From the NCBI GenBank assembly GCA_964016885.1, contig OZ024742.1:204724001-204788000 (forward strand): a DNA stretch of 64,000 nucleotides. The letters run 5' to 3'. This DNA is from Eledone cirrhosa. Taxonomy: Eukaryota. The position numbers and the translations under genes are program-made. A model generated the notes under the pieces. It was not told where the DNA came from, searched no databases, and saw only the letters and a list, made by a program, of their open reading frames with translations. This document shows positions 25,030 through 37,300 of this stretch, piece after piece (the stretch's first letter is position 1; each line of letters begins with the position of its first letter).

Positions 25030-26910
25030 TGAATTTTACATACATACATATGTACATACATACATCAAGGCCACACAAGACCTGCCACTACTCTCCTCAT
25101 CCCCCAAAATATCCAAACCACCCTTGCTAAAAATTATCACCCAAAAGATTGCCAAAACATCATGTACAATTTATATACTGGATCCCTCAATCTGCTCTTG
25201 CAGGTTCATTGTGCCACCAACAACATTATAACTCCTGAACAAGCTGGGGAAAAGAAGGAGTGGGACTGTATAGAACAGCTACTAATTATCAAAATGATCC
25301 AAGAAAAAACTGTAAATAATCACATGAACTTGACTGTAGTATGGCCGGACTACCAGAAGGCATTTAATAGTATACCACATGAGTGGATTATCAAGGTTTT
25401 ACAGTTAGCCAAAGTCCCCCAACTACCAATAGCTACTATTGAATGCCTGACCAAGACTTTCTACACTACTTTGCTCCTTAGGGGTGCTAAGGAACAAATT
25501 CAGTCTGATAGCATTCACTATCAAAAAGCATCTTTCAGTGCTGTTCTTTTTCCTTTCATAGCTGCTCATAAAACATAGTGGCTATAGAAATGAATCCAGA
25601 AGTATCTTCCATCTTTTCTTTGTCAATGACCTGAAATTGTGTGGGCCAAATATCAACCACATAAAAAATAACTGAACCTCATTACACAATTTTCTAGACA
25701 TTGGAATGAAATTTGGTGAGTCCAAATGTCCATTTTGACAATAAAATGTGGAAAAGTTGTGTCATCTTCTGAAGACCTAAAAATGAATGTCTTGACAATA
25801 CAAGCTCTACAGTCAGGTGACAATTATATGTATCTTGACAGGATGAAAATTTCAGATATGATGGATCCATAAATAAGGAGAGGACCAGGAATGAATGCCT
25901 CAGAAGAGTAAAGAGAATATGTTAATCAGAACTCTCAGCGTAGAACAATACTTTGGCTGTGCCCATTTAACATCAACATTTGGGCTGCTGAACTGGTCAT
26001 TGCAAGAACAGGCTGCTCAGTGTTACTATTCACATCAATGGTAATGTGAATAGGCTATATTTCTCATGAAAGGAGGGTCACCAGGGCTTAAAATCTATAT
26101 TAATATCTTACAAGACCCGTATAATAACATTGAAGCAACATCTTCACCAGAAGAAAAAAGGTCAGCAGCCATCTTGCCCAGGTTTATGAGCATGAAAATA
26201 ATAATATTTTTAGGATAGCCGTTGATCTAAAGGAAAGACATGAAATAAAATCCGATACAAAGCTCTTCCCCGGGTCATTGGAAGACTAATAAATACTTGA
26301 AAATTTTTTTTTAATGAGGCAATTCACTGAGAAGGTTGTACATAGGCATTTCAGATGAAAAACACAGAGTGTAGAGGCGATAAAACATACTAAAAGCCTG
26401 ACATGGAGTTTTGACAAGTTCATAATATCCCACCCTGAAATATATCTCTACGCAATCCAGGGACAAGAAATCCCCACTTAGTTCATACAGCACAAAAGAA
26501 GAAGGTCATTAGTTGACAATAAATGTAGGCTGTACATGACATAGATTGAAGATGTGAGCCATATTATTGCCAAGTGTGAAAGAATGTCTTTTCCCCATGA
26601 GACATGATGTTATAGCTAGAACGAACTGAATTGCATTAAGGAAGACAAAAATCAAATTATATAGGGAGGAATATGTTGAAACTGTTAGCTAAAAAGAATA
26701 CTAGTAAAACCTAAAAAAATATAAACCGACACCAAATTAAAGCACAACCGGTCTGATATTATCTTTTAGGAGTACACATTAAAAAGATGTTCTCTTACAG
26801 ACGTCAGCTGTCCATTTGAAGTCAATGTGATAAGAAAACTGCAAGAAAAGGAGGATATCAATGTGACGAGGAGTTTGCAGATCCAGTATCCAAGATACAC
26901 GTTCAACTCT
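25030..26910 (+). pseudogene. Heavily decayed R4/Dong-like (REL endonuclease) non-LTR retrotransposon
   Basis: EQAG..CIEQLLI..DYQKAFNSIPHEWI; HLFFVNDLKL; CRL...HII..C; HNRSDII; DVSCPF. Confidence 0.75.
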
Positions 26911-28199
26911 GCGATGAAAATTCCTTGTGAATATTCAAAGGAGGGGTAATGCATTCTCCATCCTGTCGGCCGAGGGTAAGTTAGTTGATAGTGGAGGATA
27001 CTCGTTCGGACGTCACTTTCACAGATGTGTTGAGTGTTTTATTTTAATTGTTGCTTTTACTTCAAAACCAAAACAAAATAGTATTTGATCAAAGGGAAAT
27101 AACTCTAACAAGGGAAGTAATTCAGTTCAATTCTTTATGAGGGTACTTTCAAATAAGGCCGACATGGCACATCTTTAATAACAGCCAAGCACAGTTTTGG
27201 GATTTATTTTGTATAATAACACCCACAGAGAGTTGTTAAGTGTATGTTCTTTAATAGACAGAGTTGTTAGGTGCATACTCCATAATAACAGCCTGACATA
27301 GTTGTTACACCAATCTTCTATGATAGTACACTGATAGACGTATTAAACGTCTTTCGCCACAGGAATAGCGCACTAATACCTTTGTCATAAATTGTGACAT
27401 AACTTAGACAAGCTTTACTTCTCATCACAATGTCTTCGAAGATAATCGGTTTTATCGAATTGTTTCCACACTCACCATAAGAACACTGCAAGACTATTTC
27501 TATATATGTATGCATGTATGTAGTACCAACAGGACTTATAATGAACAGAAAACAAAGAACTGAGCCTTTGTGGACTCTCACTTGCAAGCTAAATACATTG
27601 CTAGATTCATTGGTAATTCTAACCTTGTTACTGAATCTTTGTACATGGCCTGTATAGCCCTTATAGACTATTCAATATATATATCATCATCATCATATAT
27701 ATCCAAAATCCAAGGCCTTCTCACTCCTGTTGTTGGAACCCCTCTCGGGTTGACCTCCACCGATTCTTATCTCTACCCATATTGGGCCATGTCGGAGCCA
27801 GCATATCAGGTTAGAATCCACTTATTATATATACATATATATACACGCATACACGTATAGCTCTTTATACAAAACGTTTTTTTTTCCTCTATTTCAGGGA
27901 GATGTGCTCCATCATCCACTTTTCTAAAAAAGTATATCATATATAAAACGCCAGCATCAACAGATTTCCATGAGATGTCAACATGAATGGACCTGTTATT
28001 TTTCTCTAATTCCAATCCCGCCCTGCCTGTCCCTTCAATCTTTCTAATTTCTCGTTCTTTTTACTTACTCGTTTACATTTTACTTACATATATGTATATG
28101 TAATCAAAAACAACAAACACAGAGATACAAAAACAATTAGTTTTTTCAGGTTCATGCTTTAGATGAAAAAGAGAAAAAAAGGTTCAACGTATATATATA

Positions 28200-29830
28200 T
28201 ATATAAATTAATAAAAACAATTAATAAAAACAAAGAAACAGTTCCTTATATTAAAAAATTCATCATTTTACGATCGTTTCTAGGATATATGTGTGTGTTG
28301 GTATGTATATCATATAGATCTATGTAAAATTTTTACAAACTATCAGAGGGAATATACATACCTACACGTGTATATGCTGTCTTCAGAAATAATTGTTTCT
28401 ACTTTAGGCACAAGGCCAGCACAGAAATAATGATATTTGTTTATTGAAAAACACCAACAAAGATTTAATATAATAGGTCTGAATGGGAACAGGTTTTGAA
28501 TTGACCAATAGAAGAGTAGTAAGTGGTCAAGTTGATAGAATAGTAGTAGTAGAAATTTAATTTAGGGGTAGAGGAATGCAGACTTCAGTTTTGAATGGAA
28601 AGAGTATTTTGAATGAAAAGATTACTTTGGGGATGAAAAGAGGTCAAGCCGGTGAAAGGTTCACGAAAATTTGATGTTATTAAAGAATAATGCTAATGTT
28701 AAAATCTAAGGAGAATAAAATTTTAGGATAAATGTGTTAATGAGAAATACCAGTCTTATTAAAAACATAAGGAATATAGATCTATAAAAAGAAATTAAAT
28801 TAATTTAATTGATAGGTATACTTGTGATAAATAAGAGTTAGATGTTATTAAAGAATGTTGTTAAAAACGATTTTGGGGGGATAAATGTATTAGTGAGAAA
28901 TAATAAACTTATATAGACTACAAGGAATTTAGATTCATAACAGGAAATTAAAATAGTTTATATGTATACTTATAGGTATTAATTTTAGGAAAAGATAGCT
29001 GTAAAAGGGAAATAAAATCATGAAGTTCTCAGTAGTAAAATACTAATTATAGGCTAACTAAATTTAAAAAAAACAATTATAATAATTTGTAAAATAAAAG
29101 TGTATATTAATTAGGTTTATAATATTTGAAAGTTCTTCTAATTCTATGATTGCACGATATAATTAATTCTTGTCGCTTATTTAATAGGATATCCTTAGAT
29201 TTCATTATTTCAAAAAGTTCCTGGGAACATAATCTACACTCATATCTGTTATTTTGATAAGGGGTGGCCCTTTTGAGCACACTCCAGGTCAGGTTATAAT
29301 CGCTATTCTTTTTTCTATAATTATTTATTTCAGCCAAGGATGTTGTATTAGCTAATGCGACATTTTTAAAACTGTGTTTGTGGGTATTAAATCTTACTTT
29401 AAATTGGTTAGAAGTAGCTCCTATATATGAATAAGTTGAGTCCTTAGTGCTAATTTTACATTTATATACTATGTTATTAATAAGGCAATTTCCTTTTAAT
29501 GGGCAATTTGTTTTGTTTCTACAGTTACAACCATTCGTGAATATTATATCAGGGGAGTTAGTCAAATTAGGTGTGGAATTTACTCGACTTGTTGTATGTG
29601 AAGGAGATGGTGGTTTGCTGCGGTTTATTTTAGTATTATGGTTAGTTTGATGTGTTGGTGGTATATTCATGGTTTTTTTTACATTTATATGCATTGTAGG
29701 CACTTATATTTTGTTGTATATTTTTAGTAGTGGAGAAGGAAAATTTGACCGTTGATCTATTTAAAATTTGATGGTATTTATGGTTTGGCAGGAAGTTTTT
29801 CTCTAGGATAGGTGTAAATTTTTTAGGGAT
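28200..29830 (-). mobile_element. PLE 3' half: RT C-terminus, CxC linker, GIY-YIG and long 3' UTR with hammerhead
   Basis: HKYHQILNRSTVKFSFSTT; CNCRNKTNCPLKGNC..NIVY..SYIGATS..FK.R..H...CRLC..E....LLNKRQEL..C.H. Confidence 0.88.
28262..28393 (-). ncRNA. Hammerhead with a very long stem II (second copy at 20748-20869)
   Basis: attattt-CTGAAGA-~100 nt incl. ggtatgtatat/atatacatacc-GAAA-cgatcg-TA-aaatgat. Confidence 0.7.
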
Positions 29831-30728
29831 ATTATCTTTAATTTGTATATAGATATATACTGTATATACAGATACTATGTGCAATTGTGTATTAGGTGCA
29901 ACTCCATTCAACATATTTATTATGCAATGTTTTCACGTGTGTGTACTAAGTTTTATTTATCCATTCATTACCAGTGTTTTCATTAGATATAAACAAATAT
30001 ATGTTATTCTTCAATATGCAATAGGAATAAATTTTATCATTTAATGATTGTTCTCCCAGCAAATCACCATTTAATCAGTGCTACTGACCCCTCAGTCAGT
30101 CCAGGGACCTAAAAACTAATATATTTCTTCATTGTACACATCTATTATATATGTGTGTGTATATATATATATATATATATAAATGAAAATAGAGAAATTA
30201 ATATAAGCAAGAAGCCAACATAAGTGACTATTACATCAAGATGAAAAATATTTAACATAAGATATGGGAAAATAATTTAATTCCAATTCAAAGCAAGTCA
30301 AGACCAGAAATTTTAACCACAGATTTTGTGTAATCCGGGAAAAAAACCAATAGAATCTTAACTCAAAATAAAATTAAGAGTAAATACTTATCCGTCAATT
30401 TGAAAAAATCTACAAATGCACTATATAGTCTTAAAAAGACTATTTCACGAAACTTTTCAGTGGGGTTAGTCACGGTTGGAGTCGTTCGTCAGTAGTGCTC
30501 AACACGTTAACTAAGAACCACAGCTAAAATATGCCAGAGGGGAATTTAAAAGCAGGCTAGTCAAACCTCATGTGGAATTAAATTAATAAACACACATGGA
30601 GACAGGGCTAGTCACGTCAGAATGAGACGAATGTTTGTTTACAAGAAACAGCAGTCAAAACATTCTGAAAAAAAACTCAACAAAATATATGGAGTTCAGC
30701 ATAAAGCAATATTATGGCGTTTTTTTTA

Positions 30729-30759
<31 letters not shown>

Positions 30760-31139
30760 CCAGGTAGTGTAACGTATATATATATATATATATCCAGGGA
30801 GTGTAACGTGAAATTACTGTAGGTTGACGTCATTACAAGAGCAGAGGTGTGATGCGCTTTTGATTCCAGAGTCAGGCCAGATCGATACAGATTGAACCAT
30901 GAGCTGATCAATAGCAAAATGCATGTCACTAATCAATAAATGTAATGCAGTTGCATTTTTATCTCCATATTTCGCTGAGGTCTACAGCTAGTTTTCTTCC
31001 TACCCATTCCGCTATATATATATATATATCATCTGGCCAGGGTTGGCCATGTCGCACACTGCTCCGGCGAGGACTGTAAATTTGGTTGGGTATTTTACAG
31101 CTGGATGCCCTTCCTAACACCAACCACATTTGGAAGGCA

Positions 31140-31435
31140 CTCCATTGGTTATGACGAGTGTTCCAGTTGATCCAATCAATGGAACAGCCTACTTGTGAAA
31201 TTAACGTGCAAGTGACTGAGCATTCCACAAACACACATACCCTTAACGTAGTTCTCAGGGAAATTCAGCATGACACAGAATGTGAATTACAGGTACAACT
31301 CAGTTTTGCCAGCTGAGTGAGCTGGAGCAACGTGAAATAAAGTATCTTGCTGAAGGACACGGCACACCACTGGGAATAGAAGTCACGACCTTACAATTGA
31401 GCTGATTTCCCTAACCACAAAGTCATGCGCCTTCA
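31140..31435 (-). mobile_element. tRNA-derived CORE-like SINE (second family; also ~50285-50580)
   Basis: GTGTCCTT(C/G)AGCAAGA(C/T)ACTT core after a tRNA-like head. Confidence 0.7.
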
Positions 31436-31474
31436 CCACATTTACAAATATATATATATGTGTGGCCGCTTTAA

Positions 31475-31675
31475 CCCTTTAGCATTCACTTTACCCTATA
31501 TTTTCTATCATGTTTTCACAGTGAAGGCTTTATTTCACATAATATTGAATCTATGAGATCTTGATATTATTTATTTTGAGAACAATACCTTAACATCGTG
31601 GCCAGTTACAGCCAGTTTGAATAGAAAGAGGTGAGAGAATTCTGGCTGGATATGGCCGGTTGAAATGCCAAAGGG
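31475..31675. mobile_element. piggyBac-type MITE (second copy at 51270-51489)
   Basis: TTAA-CCCTTTAGCATT...AATGCCAAAGGG-TTAA. Confidence 0.8.
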
Positions 31676-32622
31676 TTAAGTCATAATTCACCATGGTTTT
31701 GTACTTGGAAAAATACTCTTCCAGGTGTTTTATGGAAGACCAGCAGTTGTTCATGTTTACACAGAACAAATCGTAAACAAAACAATAGAGATACCAATAC
31801 ATCAATACACCAATCACTGGTTCACTGCATTCTGACAGCAGCAGCAGTGTATGTGACTGAATTATTTTTTCTTCTTGCTGAAACATAAACACACATATAT
31901 ATATGACAGGCTTCCATGCGGGTTCTGTCTACCATATTGTGCTATGTGTGTGCATGTCGTTGTTGTGTTGTGTATGATGTGCTATGTGTGTGCATGACAT
32001 GTGTTGTGTTGTGCATGTTGTGATATGTGTGTGTTGAGCATACATGTGTATGTGTATCTGTAAAATGAAAAACATTTCAAAACATTACAACACATTACAG
32101 CATTAAAGCCAAGACAAATTTAAATCTAAAATAAAAAAGGAAATTCAACAAAAAAAACAAGAAGTAAAATATCAATTTAAAGGTCTCCAGAAATACTGAT
32201 CATTCATTTATTTCAGAAATCAAGTTATGGACAATTGAATTTATCGAATTTATCATACAGATGTGGACCTTAACAACGTCTCGGTGAGTAGCGGCAGATG
32301 AGATTTGAACTGATCAGAGATAGACTTTAGCAATCAGATTGTAGGAACCTATATTGCTATAGTTGAGGGGGAACGGGGGGTTAATTAGATTGAAGTGGAA
32401 GGGAGAGAGTGTGAGAGAGAGAAAGGAAGAGAAACATAGAAAGTAACAAAGATGAGAGAAAGAGAGGGATATATATAGTGTGTATGTATATATGTGAGAG
32501 AGAGAGAAAGAAATAGAGAGAGAGGGGTGTAGAGAGGAAGAGTGTTAACATTTCCACACGACAAACAGCCATTAGATATTTACATATTGACTGATGCTAA
32601 TATACAAATAAATGAGAGCGTA

Positions 32623-32675
<53 letters not shown>

Positions 32676-32747
32676 GAGTCACACAATAAATTGCTTTTTA
32701 TAAAGCTGAGTTATGACGTATGTGTGTACCTACTTCTTTTCAATTCG

Positions 32748-32792
<45 letters not shown>

Positions 32793-34178
32793 TTTCAGTT
32801 TTTTTGCGTTTTATTACATATTTCCTTCCATCGCTTTAAAAAAACCTTAAAAAATAAAACTGTAATGACAATAGCGTGACTACCAAATATGGCAAAAACA
32901 AATGTAAAACATCAACAAAATAGTAGTCGAATTAAAAAAAAAAAAAAATAAAGAGGGTGAGGGTCGGATTTTATATATAAATTTGTTCATAAATCGTGGT
33001 GTTTAATATATATATATATGCGTGTATGTATATATATATATGTATATACATATAATATATATATAATAATATATAATATTTATATCTTTTATTTTTCACA
33101 AGAGAACTAAATTACCTCCCTTGACGTCGAGATGTAGAGAAGCGAATGGATTATCTCCCCTCTCTGCTGGACTGTGGTGGATGTTTCTTTTTACAAGGAG
33201 GGAGGGGGAGAGACAGAGAGAGAGAGAGTCAGAGAGGGACATGGTTTCGTCTGGATGTTTTCTCCTCCTCCCCCCCCCTCCCCCGCTTCTTTTCCTCGCA
33301 CATTCGGACTGTGTGGTGATGGTGATGATGATAATGATGATGATGTACGAGGAGAAGAAAAGGGGATTATTTTCTTTTCCTTGGCTTAGCTCAGCTTCAG
33401 CTTGGCTCAGCTCAGCTTGGCTTGGCTCGGCCTTTGCTTGGCTCAGCATTGGCTCGACTCAGCTTTGGCTTGGCTCAGCTTTCCTCTCCTCTCGTCACCG
33501 GGCTGTGAGATGTACAGCATGCGTGAGTGGTGGTAGTGGTGGTGGTGGTGGTGGACACAGTCACTTTGACGAGACCCCAGGGAAGGGTGGGCGCGAGGGG
33601 GATGGGGACTAAGTATTGCCTGTAAATATTTTTTGTGTTTTACTTATATTTATAACAAACTGTTAACAACAAACAGAAACAAACAACAGCAGTACAAGCT
33701 GAACAGTTAAGTAAGAATTACAACTCAAAAATCACTCGAAGCTGCTCACTTGCTGCTTTTTTTTCTTCTTTCCTTTTTTGTTTATTTTATCTTTTTTTAC
33801 TATTTTGCAATCCACTTGAAATTGTTGGTGGAACAAAACGAAAAAAAAAAATTTATTTTCATTATATATATATAGGTATTTCTTTTTCTTCTTTCCTTCT
33901 ACTTCCCTTCCTCCTCCTCCTTCTCCTTCCACAAGACTGCATTCATTATTCTCTGGATTGAATTAAATGCAGATCATCATCATCATCATTGGTTTGATTA
34001 CAGGGATCCAGTGACAAAGGGAATTCAAAGCAAAGTCAGTTTCTGAAAATCCGTTTGCAACAGAAATAAGGTGTTGTCTAGGCACAACCTCATTCAAAGT
34101 AAATTCTCTTTAATGTATTCGTTGCGAACATTTAAAGTAAATTCATCAACAGAAAGAAGGCCAATTCTTCAACTCTGT

Positions 34179-34322
34179 TCAGAAGTTGAACTGAGGTTTC
34201 TTACGAGGTCGTTTACCAGCTCCTTCTTCCAGTAAATATGTAACATCTACTTTCTGTTTGCCAGGGATATTCGCCAAGAGTTTTTGCAATATTTTGTCAA
34301 GATATTCCCTTTTCTGTTTACG
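34179..34322 (-). CDS. ASH1L: ASH1L last coding exon, ends TGA
   Basis: ttcag|[12 protein letters not shown]...KPQFNF*. Confidence 0.93.
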   Translation of the reverse strand, partial: RKQKREYLDKILQKLLANIPGKQKVDVTYLLEEGAGKRPRKKPQFNF

Positions 34323-37300
34323 CTGAAACAAATAATGTATAATTTAGTTCACTTCGAAACACATTCATCTCAGCCAAACGAAGTTTCTGAACTCACTATA
34401 TTAGATAAATGAGAAGCTAGCGTTTGTAGGTTTAGTAGATATACTGTATACTAACTAAACATTATGGCTAACAAAAAGTAACTTAGGGCAGCCTTCTGCA
34501 CACCTCATACATACACAGTAGTGCTCCATGTTGCAATAGAGTGAATTGAAAATCTTTTAATAATTGTATCAAAGAAATTAATTGATAAAAACTTCTAGAG
34601 CTGTTTGAAAGCATGCAGTCTATTGGTTAGGGTGTTAAAACTCACCAACATAATAAGGACATGGATAAAACAGCACATTGTGTTTTTGAGCAAGACACTT
34701 CATTTTATGTTGCTCCTCATGATAGGAGTAGTATCCTTATCATTAAAACACCTGAGAAATCTAGAGATGCAATCCTATAGGAGGCCAACTAAACTTGCAT
34801 AGATGTGAGCAGCAAATATCATTTTTTCCATTTCTAGAGCTATTTTATTATAATAATAATGATAATAATAATAATGAAATTATTGTGTACAGTGCTCAGG
34901 TGCTCTAACAAGGAAAATAACTTCAATAAGCAGTTAACCAACACTTTTAAGAAATAAGGATGATGCAGATGGGAGAAATTATTTTTGTCTTTGGAGCAAA
35001 CTGATGAAATCTCTTGTCATATTCTAGTCTTATTAGACCTTCTCAGCAAAGCATCTTCATTTCAGTAAGCAAAACTTATTGATGATCATTATTTGTGCCA
35101 AAAGTAGAAACAATTATATATAAAAGGCAAGGTTAGCTTTGCCTTTCATCCTTAAAATAAAGCACCAGTAATGCACTGAGGTAATTGCTGGCCTTGTGCC
35201 AAAAGTAGAAGGAATGTAATGATAGAAAACATAAACAGATAGATAGTTAGATAGACAAATAAGAGAAAGAGAGAGAGAAAGAGAAAGAGAGAGAGAAAGA
35301 GAAAGAGAGAGAGAGAGAAAGAGAGAGAGAGAAAGTAGGGGAGTAAATGGTATTGAATGTGGTTACCTTTTGTTGTTTGACATGGACCAGTGGTAAATCC
35401 TCCTCAGAATCACTGACAGTTACTCCGATCTTGCCAGTGGCAGTTTCTGTTTTCTGTTGCTGCTGCTGCTGCTGCTGTTGTTGTTGTTGCTGAGTGGCCA
35501 CCACTGATGACTTGCCAGCTGATTCTGAGCTCTTCTTGTTACACTGTTTGTTGTTGTTGTTATTGTTGCTGTTGTGTGTTTCATCATTTGAGTGGGAGTG
35601 TCTTTCCCCTGGGCCCCGCCGCTTGTATGTCTCGGGGACTTCATGAGGCTAGACAAGTAGAACAGACAGAAATTTGATTTAACAAGTCATTGCTTGGCTA
35701 CATCACTGTTGTCATTAGTTTAACACTTTTGCTACAATATTTCTGATGAAATATATTGCATTTTATTTAATTAATGGAGAATTTGGAGGGATTATCAATC
35801 ATCAAGATGCTATTTGTAACATCCTGTAAGAAAAGCTTTATGTTCCAAACACCAAATAAAAAATGAAACAGTTATATTACAGACTCTTTTCAAATTCTTG
35901 ATTATTTTCAAAATTATTTGAAAACCATAGTCAATGTTTTTTATTTTAAATATTTAAATATGGTAATGAAACGGCTAACACGGAGATATACAATGTAATA
36001 GAAGGTGGAGCTGAAATAATGTCAACATCAACAATACTTACTGAGTATGTTCTTTTAGGAAGTAGCCGCTTCTCAAATTTATCAAAGCAATAGGATTTCG
36101 TGAGGACTGGATATCTAGAGAATGACAAACAGAGAGCTGTCATGAATATTTGTTCTATAATAGAAATAGCAACTTGCTTAGGAAAGATAGAAGTAGTTTA
36201 GGTGTAGTATAAATAACTGTTAGTATGCATGAATGATGATACATGATTAAGCTACAAGAAAAACTGGGTATAAGAGGAATCAGGTGTGGTGTGCAAAGAC
36301 ATTTCCCATATAAAACTGGGAGTTTGTAATACATTCTTGTCTATTTTCCCAAAATAAAGAGCTGGTTATATATAACATACCACCAACATATAGAATGGCA
36401 GGAACTGGTTACATATAACATACTACCAACATATAGAATGGCAGGAATTGGTTATATATACTACCAACACATAGAATGACAGGAGCTGGTTATATATACT
36501 ACCAACACATAGAATGACAGGAGCTGGTTATATATACCATACCACCAACATATAGAATGGCAGGAGCTAGTTATATATAACATACTTTCAACATCTCTAC
36601 AATATATAAATACTTCCTTTACAATATGGCAGTGGTACCCAAACTTATTTTTCTCCTTGCAGACGTTTTGGTGCACTTTGTACCTAAATTTTAAAATTCA
36701 AAAGATGTGTTTACACATATTAGTATAACAAAGTAGAAATACAGAAAAATTTAAAGAAAAAGTCTGCAAAGCTGCTGTAACAACGTATGATACACGTATG
36801 ATACTCCAATATGCCATTTCCAATCTACCAAACAAACTTGCAGCAAAGATTGAATCAGGAGCAAAATTAAAACACACTGTATCTAGGAGGCAAAGAGCTA
36901 TAGACAACTGCCCCCTATCCACTCAACCAGCTGCATCCGTCATTATTCCAGAACCCCGGCAGTCTACTTTCATGGACTATAATTTTATAAAATGTGTCAA
37001 TTAATAATCATTTTTTATTTATCCATTGTGAAAGAGTAATTATCTGTACAAAAGAAATTGTAGATTTCTAGTATATTTTTATTTTTATCAACTTCGCTCA
37101 AAGCATCTTTTAATTTTAACTTCGCTCAAACAACTGGACAATCAAACTACAACTCATGACAACCAGTGTGGCATAGCAGACAGTTTAGGAAACATTGTGT
37201 TAAGTTCACTTCACAATCATATAGCTTCAGATTCAGTCTCATGGTATAGCACCTCAAGTTGACCAATGCCTGAGAGTGGAATTTGATAAATGAGAACTCT

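Noticed and set aside
30419-30465. HHR-like motif on the minus strand (CTGAAAA...GAAA-tagtctt/aagacta-TA)
   Set aside because: Core G8 missing, stems I and II poor; at best a decayed copy.
33096-33612. ORFs over GCTCA/GCTTG pentamer repeats
   Set aside because: Low-complexity sequence in the probable ASH1L 3' UTR.
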